The notes under the pieces: model-generated
What the model was told of the DNA's origin: nothing
The model's database searches: none
The model's input: the letters and a program-made list of their open reading frames with translations, nothing else
Shown here: piece by piece, positions 39,584-51,977 of the stretch
How positions within the stretch are numbered: position 1 is the stretch's first letter
Layout of the letters: each line of letters starts with the position of its first letter
Program-made: the position numbers and the translations under genes
Source of the DNA: Octopus vulgaris
Lineage: Eukaryota
Assembly (NCBI GenBank): GCA_951406725.2
Contig: OX597814.1
Coordinates: 150,226,001 to 150,290,000 of the forward strand
Reading direction: 5' to 3'
DNA: 64,000 nucleotides

Positions 39584-40799
39584 TGGGCTGTTTTTTCCTT
39601 ATTTTTCTTTCTTTCTCATTGGACTTCCCTGTTTTCGACGAAGAGCTGCTCGAAACGTTAACAACAACTCTCTTCTTTCCCCGAAATTAATAAATTAATA
39701 AATCGGATGTGCACTTCCTCACACACACACACACACACATGTATGCATGTATGTACACATACTTACACAAACATTTATACCTTCAGCATCACGTGCGTAC
39801 GGACATAACTCACACATATACACACATGCATGTATGCGTGTGTAAACTGCGGGGTTTGAATTAATCATTCGATTTCTAATGGAGGTGCAAGCAACATATA
39901 TTACAGTTACATTTACATGCGACAAGTGTTTGTGTATGCGCATGTATGTCGAGGGTTTATGTGTACGAAAGTGTGAGTGTCAGTGTGTGTAAAAATTTAA
40001 ATGTGTAGCCTCCAGTTCGACGATGAGTATTGTAGATACTTGACTTAATCTCTCTAACATCAATCTGTTATAAGCATTCGGGTAGGTCACCGATTGAGAA
40101 TATCAGCCTTTCTCCCACTCATTAGCTTTTGAAGGCCTCCCGCCTAAAATTTCATGGTCACTGCCTTCCCATCTAGTTGTAATTAAATGAGCTACTTGCT
40201 CTTGCATTAGCATGTAACTGACTGAGTATTCCACAGATACATACACACTTAATTCACAGACAAAAATCAACGTCACCCTGTTTGTGTCAAGTCTAGGCCT
40301 TTGGTCCATTGATGCACTCTTTCGAACAGGCTTACGTCCTCGCATTTTCCGCCTACATAGTTTTATTTATATGACTTGAGTCGACTATTCGTTCGAAGCA
40401 ATAGTCTAACACACTTGCTCAACATGCCATAGGTGGGATGAAACCCAGGATTTAATGATTGCGAAGTGAGCTACTCCCCCAATCGTTCATATCATCGCCT
40501 TTGCGTGTAAATAAATGCAATCATACACATAACTAATAAATTTCTATTTCTATTCTATTTGAATAAGTGTTTTCCAATCCCAATCCCAGAATAAACGAAT
40601 AAATGATAGAATAATCTTGTCTATTAATTCTAACTAAAAATAGCAAATGTTCCAATATTTTATTTCTTTACAAACACATCATATGACCTTTTTTCCCCTA
40701 AACGTTTTATGAGAAACAAAGTAATTTGACTCTTGACAAAAGCTATTGAGCGAAAAGCTTCACAAGTCTACTTTAGCTTGAACTTCTTATGAACCTCTG

Positions 40800-41410
40800 C
40801 CGCATCTTATACTAACATCATAAGAGTACAAGTTCTTATACCACATCATGTACAGAATTATACAGCAGCTAGTTACGCAGCGTTAAAACAGTGCAAGATT
40901 TTGTACCATCATGCACAGCGCCACATCACGCCCTTCAAGAATTTGGACCTGGAGATCTCCATTTCCAGCGACTTCGAGGGCCACCTCCCAGTGGTGTCGG
41001 GCGTCAACGAAGAGCCCTCGACTACAACAAGACGACCAAAGTTTTTTTCTTTCCAAGGTCTGGGGTCATCCGCCCCTAAGCCCTAGACCATCAACTAATC
41101 ACTCTTACCCGTCTTGTTGCTGAACAACAACAACAACAACAGCAGCAGCACCACATCCCGCAGTGCTATAAGAATACGAAATTTTATACCATACCTTAAG
41201 CATTTCTACACAGTAGTACATCAGGCAGTGCTACAACTACGAGAAGTTTTATAACGCACCTTCTACATACCAATACAATACCACATCACGCGAAGTTATA
41301 ACAGTGCAAAATTTTATGCTACACCGGGCATAGCGACATCGTGCATAGCACAATGCAGAGCGACAGAAGTGCAAGATCTTATAACCACATTAAGCACAGT
41401 TCCACGTAAC
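40800..41410. repeat. Degenerate minisatellite (agtgcaagattttataccac...) interrupted by an insertion
   Basis: Motif variants at about 40824, 40890, 41173, 41238, 41303 and 41368. Confidence 0.55.
40932..41150 (+). mobile_element. 5'-truncated retroelement 3' end with (CAA)n tail
   Basis: GC-rich insert ending in (caa)n(cag)n, flanked by ccacatcacgc (40921) and ccacatcccgc (41151). The flanks could be a TSD or minisatellite units. Confidence 0.5.
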
Positions 41411-41692
41411 ACAGCAACATAAAACAAAATAAACATTAACAATAAACTGAAAGATCATTTAAAAAAAATTCTTTTATTCTTCTACTTGTTTCAGTCATTT
41501 GACTGCAGCCATGCTGGAGCACCACCTTTAGTCGAAAACATCGACCGCAGGACTTATTCTTTGTAAGCCTTGTACTTATTCTATCGGTCCCTTTTGCCGA
41601 ACTGCTATGTTACAGGGAAGTGAACACGCCAACATCGGTTGTCAAGTGATGGTGGGGAAACACAGACACACAATGACATTCATATAAATATG

Positions 41693-41759
<67 letters not shown>

Positions 41760-41769
41760 TCATATATAA

Positions 41770-41899
41770 AATAATTGAGATTCAGTTGAATTAGGTACCT
41801 AAGTTGAAGCACCAGATCAGTTTGGTATTATTCGTACAACTCAAAGTGAGTAAAATCAAAATAAGCAACAGGATATCCTGTTGCTTATTTTGATTTTAC
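41770..41899 (-). mobile_element. Very short PLE terminus with perfect 50-bp palindrome, inside a SINE A microsatellite
   Basis: Related to 58040-58180. gtaaaatcaaaataagcaacaggat|atcctgttgcttattttgattttac at 41850-41899. Confidence 0.7.
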
Positions 41900-42261
41900 A
41901 CACACACATATATATATATATATACGACGGGTTTCTTTCAGTTTCCGTCTACCAAATCCATTCACAAGGCTTTGGTTGGCCTGAGGCTATAGGAGAAGAC
42001 ATTTGTCCAAGATGCCATGCAATGGGACTGAACCCGGAACTATGTGGTTGGGAAGCAAGCTTCTTACCATGCAGCCACTCCTGCACCTATCATTCAATAC
42101 TTTTTAGTTAGGTACACACATTTTACATGGAAAAGGTCGGTAGTGACTTTGAAGTCAGCCATCTTTCTATATACATAACATATGTATACATATATATGTA
42201 TACATATAAATGTATACATATATGTATGTATATATATATATGTATACATATATGCGTGTGA

Positions 42262-42293
<32 letters not shown>

Positions 42294-42403
42294 GTATATA
42301 TGTGTGTATGTGTGTATCTATATATATATATGTGTGCGTATATATATATACACATAGATATGTGTGTTTATTATATGTATGGATGTATAGATATATGTAT
42401 ATG

Positions 42404-42434
<31 letters not shown>

Positions 42435-43363
42435 ATACATATACATATACATACATATACATGATCAGACTATCATTCTCTTTTTGATGGATTGTCACGG
42501 CTAGAACGTCTTAAGATCGAGGTTTGGTTCATCAACGCCAAACTGGAGCTAAGCAGCAATAATGATTTCAAATTTTTGCTGAGGGCTAGCAATTTCAGGG
42601 GAGGGGTAATAGCCAATTACATCGAGCCAAGTGCTCAACTGGTACTTATTGTATCGACCCGAAAGAATGAAAAGCAAAGGTCGACCTTGGCGGAATTTGA
42701 ACCCAGGACATCAATCCGTAAGAAATGCCTCTAAGCATTTTGCCTGACATTTTGCCTTGAGCTAAGCAGTTATATAAGAACAATAGTACAACTAAACTAT
42801 ACAAGACGTCACTTCAAATCACCGTGCATAACATAATGTGTCCAACTGAACATTACATAGGCATTAATGTCATATAAAACCATTTCGTGCTTGAACTACA
42901 AGGACACAACAGCAGAACGTGCACCTATACATGTAGATAATACTATAGCACATAAAATTTGATTAAACTAGACTACACCATATCTGCGCTATAACGTATC
43001 ATCACGCACTGCACTTACACTATGTCATATCATACCCTTAACGCAGTACATCACAGCAAGCCACATCACGTTGTAACACACCCATCTTTCTATATACATA
43101 CCATAAACTGATGTAATTGATGCTGTACGTGTATTAGGTATGTTTAATACGTTTGTATCTGTGTGTATTTTTGAGTGAATAGAAATAGGTGTGTGAGCGC
43201 GTGTGTCTGTGTGTGTGTGCGCGCGCCCGTGTATGTGTGTGTATATATTAGTTCATGTAGAGATATCTGCGTGTAAAATAGTGTTTGTATTTATGCAAGT
43301 GTGTATTAGTATGTTTAAAGATGTGAGTTTAATTAAATCATATGTATACATATATGTGTGTGA

Positions 43364-43396
<33 letters not shown>

Positions 43397-43432
43397 TGTG
43401 TGTGTGTGTGTGTATGTGTGTATGTGTATATA

Positions 43433-43474
<42 letters not shown>

Positions 43475-43972
43475 GATATGTGTGTATGTGTGTTTCTCTA
43501 GCCATGTCTCTTTCCTAAGCCGCTGCCTACATCACCGACTCATCCCTAAAGGTTTCCGCCTCCACTTCCACCCTGCTCTCCACTCGGATTCTTCCATCTT
43601 ACCCATACTCCGCACCACATCTTACCGCCTTATGCGGGCCACCATTCGCTCCAATCTCTCCAAACTACAAGCCATCAACCGCCTTCTTCCTCCTGCTTTC
43701 TCCACCTTCTTCTCCTCTCTGCCGCCTCTCTATGCTCCAAACACGCTACGCTTCATTATCCATTTGAATCAACTCTTCCATCAATTTCTTTCTGATACCA
43801 AACTTCGTAAACTCCAATCACTCTTCCATTCCACCCTACCCGACGCCACTACCCCAACTCCTCCACCACCCTTCTCCCCTCCCGATAGGCTCCATCCACC
43901 CACACCTAACCCCACTGCCCCTCCCTACAACCCCTTCTCCCCTCCCGTTAGGCTCCATCCACCTACACCTAA

Positions 43973-46630
43973 CCCTACTGCCCCGCCCAACCACCCCCAC
44001 ACACCTCCCCAATCCCTCCCCCTCAGACCTCCACGAGACCTACCACCCCTCCTACTTCTATTCCACCCACCCCTTCTCCACTTCCGTCTGTTGTTACCAT
44101 TCCCCCCGATCTTCCCCTCTCTGCGGCTGAACGCTCCGTCCTTGGTAGGGGTCTGCGTTTCATCCCCCTCACTCCATCCTGTAAGGAATTCCAGACGCGA
44201 GTTGATGTCCACAGCTTTGTGCGCCGTGTCCGGTTGGGTGCGCATTACCACGACTCGCCACCCACACCCAACGAAGAGGACGACTGCTTCACTGGCCTGG
44301 GCCGCCGACCATCCCCGTGGACGCCTGCCCCTGGCCAGATCCTAGCAGTGGATCTTTTCGCGGGCGCTTGTCAGCGTGCGTTGGAGCGGTTCAACTTCTC
44401 CAGGCGCCAACGCCGCCTCAACATCTCCCCGGCTGAGCTCTTGGCTCTTCGTTCCCTCCAACGGCGCGCTGACATTATCATCAAACCGGCTGACAAGGGT
44501 GGAGCTGTAGTGGTGTGGCGCGCGGACCTCTATAGGGCCGAGGCTTTCCGCCAACTCAATGACACCTCCTTCTATTCCCCTCTGCCCTCTAACCCCACAC
44601 GTAGCTACCAACAGACGGTATCCTCTACTGTCCAAGACCTCATCTCGTCCTCCCGTCTCCCCCGCACCGCATCCAACCTAATTGTGCGAACCCCACGTAC
44701 CCCCACCATTTACTTCCTCCCCAAAATCCACAAACCCAACAACCCTGGCCGCCCCATCGTCTCCGCCTGTAACTGCCCCACGGAGCTCATCTCTAAATAC
44801 CTCGACCGTGTCCTTGCCCCCCTAGTGGCATCTCTTCCCTCCCACATCCACGATACCAACCATGCTCTCCGGCTTTTCAACTCTTTCTCCTTTCCTCCCG
44901 GCTCCTCCAAAATCCTTTTTACTATGGACATCCAAAGCCTCTATACTGTTATCCCTCACCACGAAGGACTGCAGGCCCTTCGACACTTTCTTGACCTCCG
45001 CTCTAACCCTGTACCTGACACCTCCACACTCATTCGTCTGGCCGAACTTGTCCTTACTCTGAACTGCTTCTCGTTCGCGGGCGAGTTCTACCATCAGGTC
45101 TCGGGAGTGGCCATGGGAACGCGAATGGGCCCCAACTATGCGAACCTGTTCGTTGGCTATGTTGAGGCCCAAATATTCTCTACTTTCACTGGTCCCACTC
45201 CTGAACTATATGGTCGTTATATTGACGACATTATCGGTGCCACCTCACTCTCCCGCGAACATCTAGATTCCTTCCTCTCTTTCGTCCAATCTTTCTATCC
45301 AGCCCTCCACTTCACTTCCACTATCTCCAACACCTCTGTCTCCTTCCTCGACATTTCGGTTAGCATTCTTGACTCCACTCTTACCACCTCCATTCACTAC
45401 AAACACACAGACTCACACTCATACCTCAACTTCTCTTCCTCCCACCCAGAACACACCAAGCTTTCCATCCCCTATTCCCAATTCCTCCGTCTACGTAGGC
45501 TCTGTAGTGACGACCATGACTTTGAGACTCAGTCTCAACGTATGGCTCACCACTTCACCCTACGTGGATACCCCCTCACCACTATCCACACCGCCCTTGC
45601 CAGAGCACGGTCCGTGGACCGTGTATCTGCTCTCTCTCCCCGAACCCGCCCTGTAGTCTCCCGCCTCCCTTTTCCCCTCACTTACCACCCCACGACCCTA
45701 CGTCTCCAACGCACCATTCTTCGAGCTTTCCGTCGTCTCCAGTCCGACCCGTCCACTTCACACCTCTTCCCTAACCGACCCCTCCCCTCTTTCAAACGAG
45801 CCCACAACCTTCGAGACCTTTTGGTCCATAGCTCCTTCCCTGACCCTACCTCCCAACCCGGCTCGTTCCCCTGCTCCCGCCCACGTTGCCGCACTTGCCC
45901 TTACCTCTCCAACACCACCCGCCTCACTAGCACCCACCATCGACCCTATCCCATCATCCACTCCTTCACCTGCACCTCCAGCAATATTATCTATTGCATC
46001 TCTTGCTCTCTCTGCAATTCCTTGTACATCGGACAAACGGGACGCCGCTTGGCTGACCGGTTCGCGGAACACCTTCGTGACATCCACCTTGCGAACGACA
46101 CACCGGTCTCACGCCATTTCCGCTCCACCGGTCACTCCTTGCAACACCTATCTGTGTTCGGTTTGTCCTTACACAGAGGCCATCCGGATTCCCGTTTGCG
46201 CCGTGAACAGGAATTAATCTTCTCTCTTCGCTCTTATACGCCATTTGGTCTCAACTCTCCCCCCTCCTCATCTAACCCCCCTCTCCCCCTCCTCACCTAT
46301 CCTTTCTCCCCCCGACCCCCACTTCTTCAGTCCTTCATCCTTTCACCCCTACTCCCCTTCCCTTCTTCCCTCTTTCTCCCTCCCTCTTCCCCTTCCCTCT
46401 GCTCCCTCACTCCCTCTCTCCCCTTCTCTCTCCCCCTCTCCCTCTTTCCTCCTTCATCCCTCTCCTCCCCTTCCTTCTCCCCATCCTCTCCACTTCACCC
46501 TCCCCTCCCCCTCTTCTTCCCCTCCCCTTCTCCCCCCTCTTCTCCCCTCCCCCTCTTCTCCTCACTACACCACATGACTTTACACATCACATCACATATG
46601 ATGTGCCATACTAATACACACACCAACTAA
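43973..46630 (+). CDS. PLE reverse transcriptase / GIY-YIG endonuclease (main frame; N-terminal part lies in ORF 43482-44345, one frameshift away)
   Basis: IKPADKGGAVVVW, YFLPKIHK..PGRPIVS, MDIQSLYT.IPH, GVAMGTRMGPNYANLF, RYIDDI, FLDI, SIPYSQFLRLRRLCS, CSRPRCRTC, NIIYCISC..C..LYIGQTGR.L..RF.EH. The frame is open from 43973 (LSAAERSVLGRGLRF). The tail after GLNS is probably run-on. Confidence 0.93.
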   Translation, partial: PYCPAQPPPHTSPIPPPQTSTRPTTPPTSIPPTPSPLPSVVTIPPDLPLSAAERSVLGRGLRFIPLTPSCKEFQTRVDVHSFVRRVRLGAHYHDSPPTPNEEDDCFTGLGRRPSPWTPAPGQILAVDLFAGACQRALERFNFSRRQRRLNISPAELLALRSLQRRADIIIKPADKGGAVVVWRADLYRAEAFRQLNDTSFYSPLPSNPTRSYQQTVSSTVQDLISSSRLPRTASNLIVRTPRTPTIYFLPKIHKPNNPGRPIVSACNCPTELISKYLDRVLAPLVASLPSHIHDTNHALRLFNSFSFPPGSSKILFTMDIQSLYTVIPHHEGLQALRHFLDLRSNPVPDTSTLIRLAELVLTLNCFSFAGEFYHQVSGVAMGTRMGPNYANLFVGYVEAQIFSTFTGPTPELYGRYIDDIIGATSLSREHLDSFLSFVQSFYPALHFTSTISNTSVSFLDISVSILDSTLTTSIHYKHTDSHSYLNFSSSHPEHTKLSIPYSQFLRLRRLCSDDHDFETQSQRMAHHFTLRGYPLTTIHTALARARSVDRVSALSPRTRPVVSRLPFPLTYHPTTLRLQRTILRAFRRLQSDPSTSHLFPNRPLPSFKRAHNLRDLLVHSSFPDPTSQPGSFPCSRPRCRTCPYLSNTTRLTSTHHRPYPIIHSFTCTSSNIIYCISCSLCNSLYIGQTGRRLADRFAEHLRDIHLANDTPVSRHFRSTGHSLQHLSVFGLSLHRGHPDSRLRREQELIFSLRSYTPFGLNSPPSSSNPPLPLLTYPFSPRPPLLQSFILSPLLPFPSSLFLPPSSPSLCSLTPSLPFSLPLSLFPPSSLSSPSFSPSSPLHPPLPLFFPSPSPPSSPLPLFSSLHHMTLHITSHMMCHTNTHTN

Positions 46631-47098
46631 TACATACTAATACGTACTAATACATACTAGTACATACTAATACTTACACCAACCCTATACATACACACGT
46701 CCAGACCCCGCATACGCACTTATACTCTCTCACACACACACACACACACCTATACATACCAATACGTACTAATACATACTAATACATACTAATACATACA
46801 CCAACCCCATACATACGCACGTCCAGACCAATCCCACGCACTGATACTCTCTCATACACACACACACACACACACACACCCTTATACATACTAATACATA
46901 CACCAACCCTATACATACACATCCAGACCCCTCCCACGCACTTTTAGCTGGTCCCTCAACCCTATTATCTCCCCTTATTTCGCTCTCGCGTCTCATGTTT
47001 GATCTTTGACCTCTGGCCGAAATCAGATCGCCATGTTGATTCGTTAGCTACTGCACGCATTTTTTCTCTCCTTCTTTCTGTGTTTTTCTCTCTGTGTA

Positions 47099-47136
47099 TC
47101 TTTCTGTTGAAGAGCGTAGGCTCGAAACGTTAAAGA
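47099..47136 (+). ncRNA. Minimal hammerhead-like motif with variant core CUGUUGA in the PLE pLTR
   Basis: tcttt-ctgttga-a-gagc-gtag-gctc-gaaa-cg-tt-aaaga. Confidence 0.6.
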
Positions 47137-47233
47137 CTTGTTTTATTTATATTTCCTGAGCGCCATACTAATACAATTGTTCGTTTGTTTTCCACCTGCC
47201 TTCGTCTTTTGTTTATTTTCATAAAGCTTCCCG

Positions 47234-47317
<84 letters not shown>

Positions 47318-47917
47318 ATTTGTGCTTAGAAATAGGCATGCATTCAATACATTCAAATTCACATACATACATGCAAACACCAACCCATACATGCATGCAT
47401 ATGTACACATATATGTATACACGTATGCATGTGTTATCTCCTGCTTTCTGACAGAGAGAGAGAGAGAAAGAGAGAGAGACAGACAGGCAGACAGACAGAG
47501 AAACTAGATACACGCGAACATGCGTACATGCATGTGTGACTATCTGTGAGGTTGACTGTGTACGTCCACGCGCGTGAGTATGTGTGTGTGTGTGTGTTTG
47601 TATGGGTGTCTGTTTGCGTGCACGTATGTATGTGCGTGTCAATGTTGTGTATTTTAATGCATGTCTATTTCTAAGTATACAAGATCACATTTAGAATTCT
47701 GAGCATGTTTGTTCTTGTGATTTTTATTTATAAAATTTCCCAACGAGAATAGTGGGGAGAGAATGAGACAGAAAGAGTGGTTTTAGCTCCATACGAAAGT
47801 TCTTCCTTTGGAATTTAAATTTCAAGGAGGTTGTTATGTACGCATGTCTCGGCACACATATTTTTTTTTGTGTGTATATATATATATATATTCATATATT
47901 TAATTTATATTCATATA

Positions 47918-47995
<78 letters not shown>

Positions 47996-48181
47996 ATATA
48001 GATAGATAGATAGATAGATAGATAGATGCGCAGGAATGGCTGTGTGATAAGTAGCTTGCTTGCCAACAATATGGTTCTGGGTTCAGTCCCACTGCGTGAT
48101 ACCTTGGGCAAGTTTCTTCTATTATAGCCTCGGGTTGACAAGACCCTTGTGAGTGGATTCGATAGACAGAAACTGAATGAA

Positions 48182-48260
<79 letters not shown>

Positions 48261-48294
48261 AAAGTAAAGTTGGCCGTTACCGCACGATTAAAAA

Positions 48295-49325
48295 TATAAG
48301 GAAAACTATTTGAAAATGCCGAAGTCTTTTAAAATTATTTATTAACTAATCTGGTTTCACTTATTTGAAAAGATTTTCAAAAGTATAGTGTGAGGCTTTG
48401 TGTATATTCTGTAGTGTCAAAAATTAGTTTACGTATATGTACATACACACATACCCATGTGCATGACATGTGCACGCACACGCCGCCTAGACCAGAAAAA
48501 AACACACATATGCACACACACATACACTTACACGCAAATGCACACATATAAACCCCAAAATGCCAATCAAAACTACTGAACCATAACAGAACCAGCTCAC
48601 CAAACAAGCCTTTCTTGGCTCCACAGCTATTGGAACGTTTTGATCATGTGATTGCCATCAACCAGCCACACTGATTTTAGAGGGAAATCAATTCTATGCT
48701 ACCTTTTTCCAAAACACAGAACTATCTTTTGATCACGTGACTGTCATCAACCAACCACATTGGTTTTAAAAAAGAAGGCGATTTTGAACCACCATCTCTA
48801 TATAAAACAGTGGTAAGTGTTAAATTCCATCCAGATGGGAGGCCCTACAACCAGATCCGAAAACTATATATGGTCTGTTATTTCTCTACTCACCGTTTTT
48901 CACTTTAATCTGCTGCAAACAATTATGGTTTCTGATCACAGTGAGACTAAACACTTTAGCACCCACTGATTAACAAACCAGACACGTTTTATCTTCTTGT
49001 CGAAAATTTCTATTACTTGATTTGGATATGTTTATGTAAACTAATTTTTATCTTCTTATCAGTGTAAAAAGTTTTATTACCTCATCTGAATGTTTTTATA
49101 TAAACTATCTTTTGACTGATCACAGAGGATACACAAAGCCCTAAACTTTTCCTCATCACAGTCAAAGACTCTATCACTTGAATACATTTATGTAAACTAA
49201 TTCTGGACACCACAGAGGATACACAATGCATCAAACTTTATTTTTGAAAATCTTTTTAAATAAGTGAAACCGGTTAAGTTAATAAATACTTTTAAAAGGC
49301 TCCTGCATTTTCAGATTAGCCTTAT
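48295..49325. mobile_element. Old non-coding PLE-derived element with ~100-bp inverted termini carrying U3-A8 HHR motifs
   Basis: 48295-48397 is the diverged reverse complement of 49226-49325. Motif ttgaaaa-tctt..aagt-gaaa-ccgg-tt-aagt at 49240-49279. Confidence 0.65.
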
Positions 49326-49399
49326 CTGTTCCAGTTTCTTACAATAAATGCTGAAGTAGTGAGTTATATAATCAAGTTTCCTCAATAATTACAGATTGT

Positions 49400-51200
49400 C
49401 GTATCTGTGAATTTCTTATTAGGTCGACATAGACGTTTGTTTCTTTGCGTCAACGTTTGCCGTGCAACTGATTGCTGCTTTTTTCACTCTTTCTCGGTTT
49501 CAGATAGTTGTGGTTGCCCGTTTTGCTTAGATATTACAGAGGTTTTGACAGAAACATATTACCAGTGTTCTTTCGTATTATGGGCGAGTATGCCCATGAC
49601 ATCACTGTAACATCTTATTTTATTATCATCATAAATCATTTCTTTACGGATTGTCTTGTTTAATAATTTGGTTACTACATCATGACTCATAGGTAAATTG
49701 TATTGCAATTACAGCTTAAGCTGTGAGTGCTTTTATTTTTTTTATTGCACAACTATTCCTTCTGTACATCAGGTATTTCTTGTTTCTGAATTGGAAAAGA
49801 AATAAATCTTATTCTTCAAAGTTAGAGAGCTAATATTACGGTTGTTATTTCGAGATGGCCTAGTCTTGTTATTTACACTTCATATGAAAATGTTCAAGCA
49901 ACAAAGCCATATATGATAACGAAAAATACCTCAAAATACCATCGTGTGATGGTCTGTTGCAATGGAATTCTGAAACTTCCCTCAATACGTACCATTGATA
50001 ATCAGAATGCTTTCTCAATATATAACCTTTTCAAAACTCATCTTATCTGTATTATGCGTGCAAATTTGAAAAATGGGTGCACTTCCACAACAGATGCCTA
50101 AATTTCGTCGATCAGATAGGGTGTGGCATTGAAAAGCAATGTGAATCAATCGTTGTTTTCTTTCCCCGCTTACTTTCAGGTAGAGGCTGTCATTATCATT
50201 AATGTTATAGTAATTTCTAGTAGCGACTACTTGTGTTCGGGTTTTAAAATCAATGACAGGAATCCCACCTATTATGCTATCAAGTAGCCTAAATGGTAGT
50301 ATGAAAATTTATGATTCACCTTGTGATTCACCTTTGTTGTATGAAGAAACTTTAAGAGGCACTCATCAGAGTGTAATGAGTTGTCGTTATGCGTTTTCAT
50401 TACAAGTTTACACCATAGGAAATATCTTCATCCACTCGTTTGCCCCTGTTGTAGAATTCCTTGTAGTATACTGAAACAAAATAGTCAGGTCAAAGAAAGA
50501 GAGGTTGCATGAGTAGAGTTTCTCCGCCTGGTTACAATCAAGTTGAAGCATCAATCAAGACAAACTTCATTCATATACCACTTGCAGGTTATTGTAACTA
50601 AGTACAGATTTTTCTACAAAAAATCGTATTTTTTTGCCAAATACTTTCAGGTCATTCAACGAGTGAATTTGGAGTTTCTGTCTTCTTCCTATGAGCTAAT
50701 TACATGCATTAAGACTTCCTCAAGGAAAACGGATAATGAGGATCACCGAAATTGTAAACAGCATCACATAAAGACACTGCTTTCTTGAAATATAACCTTG
50801 TGATGTTTTATGCAACTGGTGCAGTACAATTCTTTCTTCTATTTAAGTTTAATGCAGTAGCCCAGGAGGAAGCTAAGTTATCTACGGTTTTGGTTATAGT
50901 CACTTGGACGTTAACAAATAGAAAAGCCTTGAATGCATTCTCATAATTCAACCAGACTGCAACAGAATTGCCTCAGACATCACAAAGTTATTTTTTTATT
51001 TAGAATTACTCAGTACATTCTTAAACTTGTTTCGTCAAGCTGTCATCTCCTTGACCTTGAGAAAATAGATTGAAACAGGTTGTATACATTATATTCTTGC
51101 ATACAATTCACTTGGAGATCTTTGCCATATGAATGGATTTGTCTGGCCTCAAACTTATTTCTGTCAATGCCAGCCAGTTTGGTATAAAACATCTTTACTG
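49400..51200 (-). mobile_element. Possible very old LINE RT relic
   Basis: Only faint motif remnants, such as WLNYENAF resembling WLDY.KAFDS near 50930-50960 and QGES near 50320. Confidence 0.35.
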
Positions 51201-51605
51201 AGGAATAAGTAATAAAGGTCGACGAGATACGAGCAATGAAAGCGTTGCATGTTTTTCTTTATTTTTTTCTTTTCTTTTTATTTTGTAAAACTAGTCGGCA
51301 ATCATGTCTCATGGTGCCTTCCTAGCCTAACGTTTGTCTATCAATAATATTATCATTGACGTTAAATGCATTTGTTTTAATATAGGATCATTACTTTTTT
51401 CGGATTACTTCTAGTTACCATAAGCTGTGTCCTACCTAGTGACACTTTCTTCCAGAATTAATCCATTTCTTTCTGAGGCGATACCTCAATGCACATATGT
51501 ATGTATGCATGTAATATATGCATACATTGATGTATGTATGTATGTATGTATGTATGTATGTATGTATGTATGTATGTATGTATGTATGTATGTATGAATG
51601 AATGT

Positions 51606-51977
51606 TTATGGCCCAGTGGTTAGGGCAGCGGACTCGCAGTCGTAGGATCGCGGTTTCGATTCCCAGACCGAGCGTTGTGAGTGTTTATCGAGTGAAAACG
51701 TCTAAAGCTCCACGAAGCTCCGGCAGTGGGTGGTGGCGAACCCTGCTGTACTCTTTCACCACTGCTTTCTCTCACTCTTTCTTCCTGTTTCTGTTGTACC
51801 TGTATTTCAAAGGCCAGCCTTGTCACACTCTGTATCACGCTGAATATCATCGAGAACTACGTTAAGGGTACACGTGTCTGTGGAGTGCTCAGCCACTCTC
51901 ACGTTAATTTCACAAACAGGCTGTTCCGTTGATCAGATTAACTGGAGCCCTCGTTGTCGTAACCAACGGAGTGCTAC
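51606..51977 (+). mobile_element. tRNA-derived SINE family C inserted in (TGTA)n
   Basis: A-box tggcccagtgg and B-box ggtttcgattcc, then about 290 bp of non-tRNA body. (TGTA)n on both sides. Confidence 0.8.

Larger units (their letters stand above)
43495..47234 (+). mobile_element. Near-intact Penelope-like retroelement (Neptune-like), slightly 5'-truncated, between microsatellites
   Basis: PLE N-terminus (SHVSFLSRCLHHRLIPKGF), RT, Cys-rich linker, GIY-YIG, a repetitive 3' UTR and an HHR-like pLTR ending in (TA)n. Confidence 0.95.

Noticed and set aside
40800-41410. Spaced repeats that superficially resemble a CRISPR array
   Set aside because: Units are highly degenerate and irregular, there are no cas genes and the context is eukaryotic. 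This is a minisatellite.
43925-46244. Several antisense ORFs over the PLE
   Set aside because: Shadow ORFs caused by strand compositional bias.
46245-46630. Pro/Ser/Leu-rich C-terminal extension of the PLE ORF
   Set aside because: Low-complexity CT tract. PLE ORFs normally end just after the GLN motif, so this is probably run-on.
51606-51685. tRNA-like sequence (also the heads of SINE A and B)
   Set aside because: A and B boxes are present, but there is no complete cloverleaf or terminator and the sequence continues into a SINE body.
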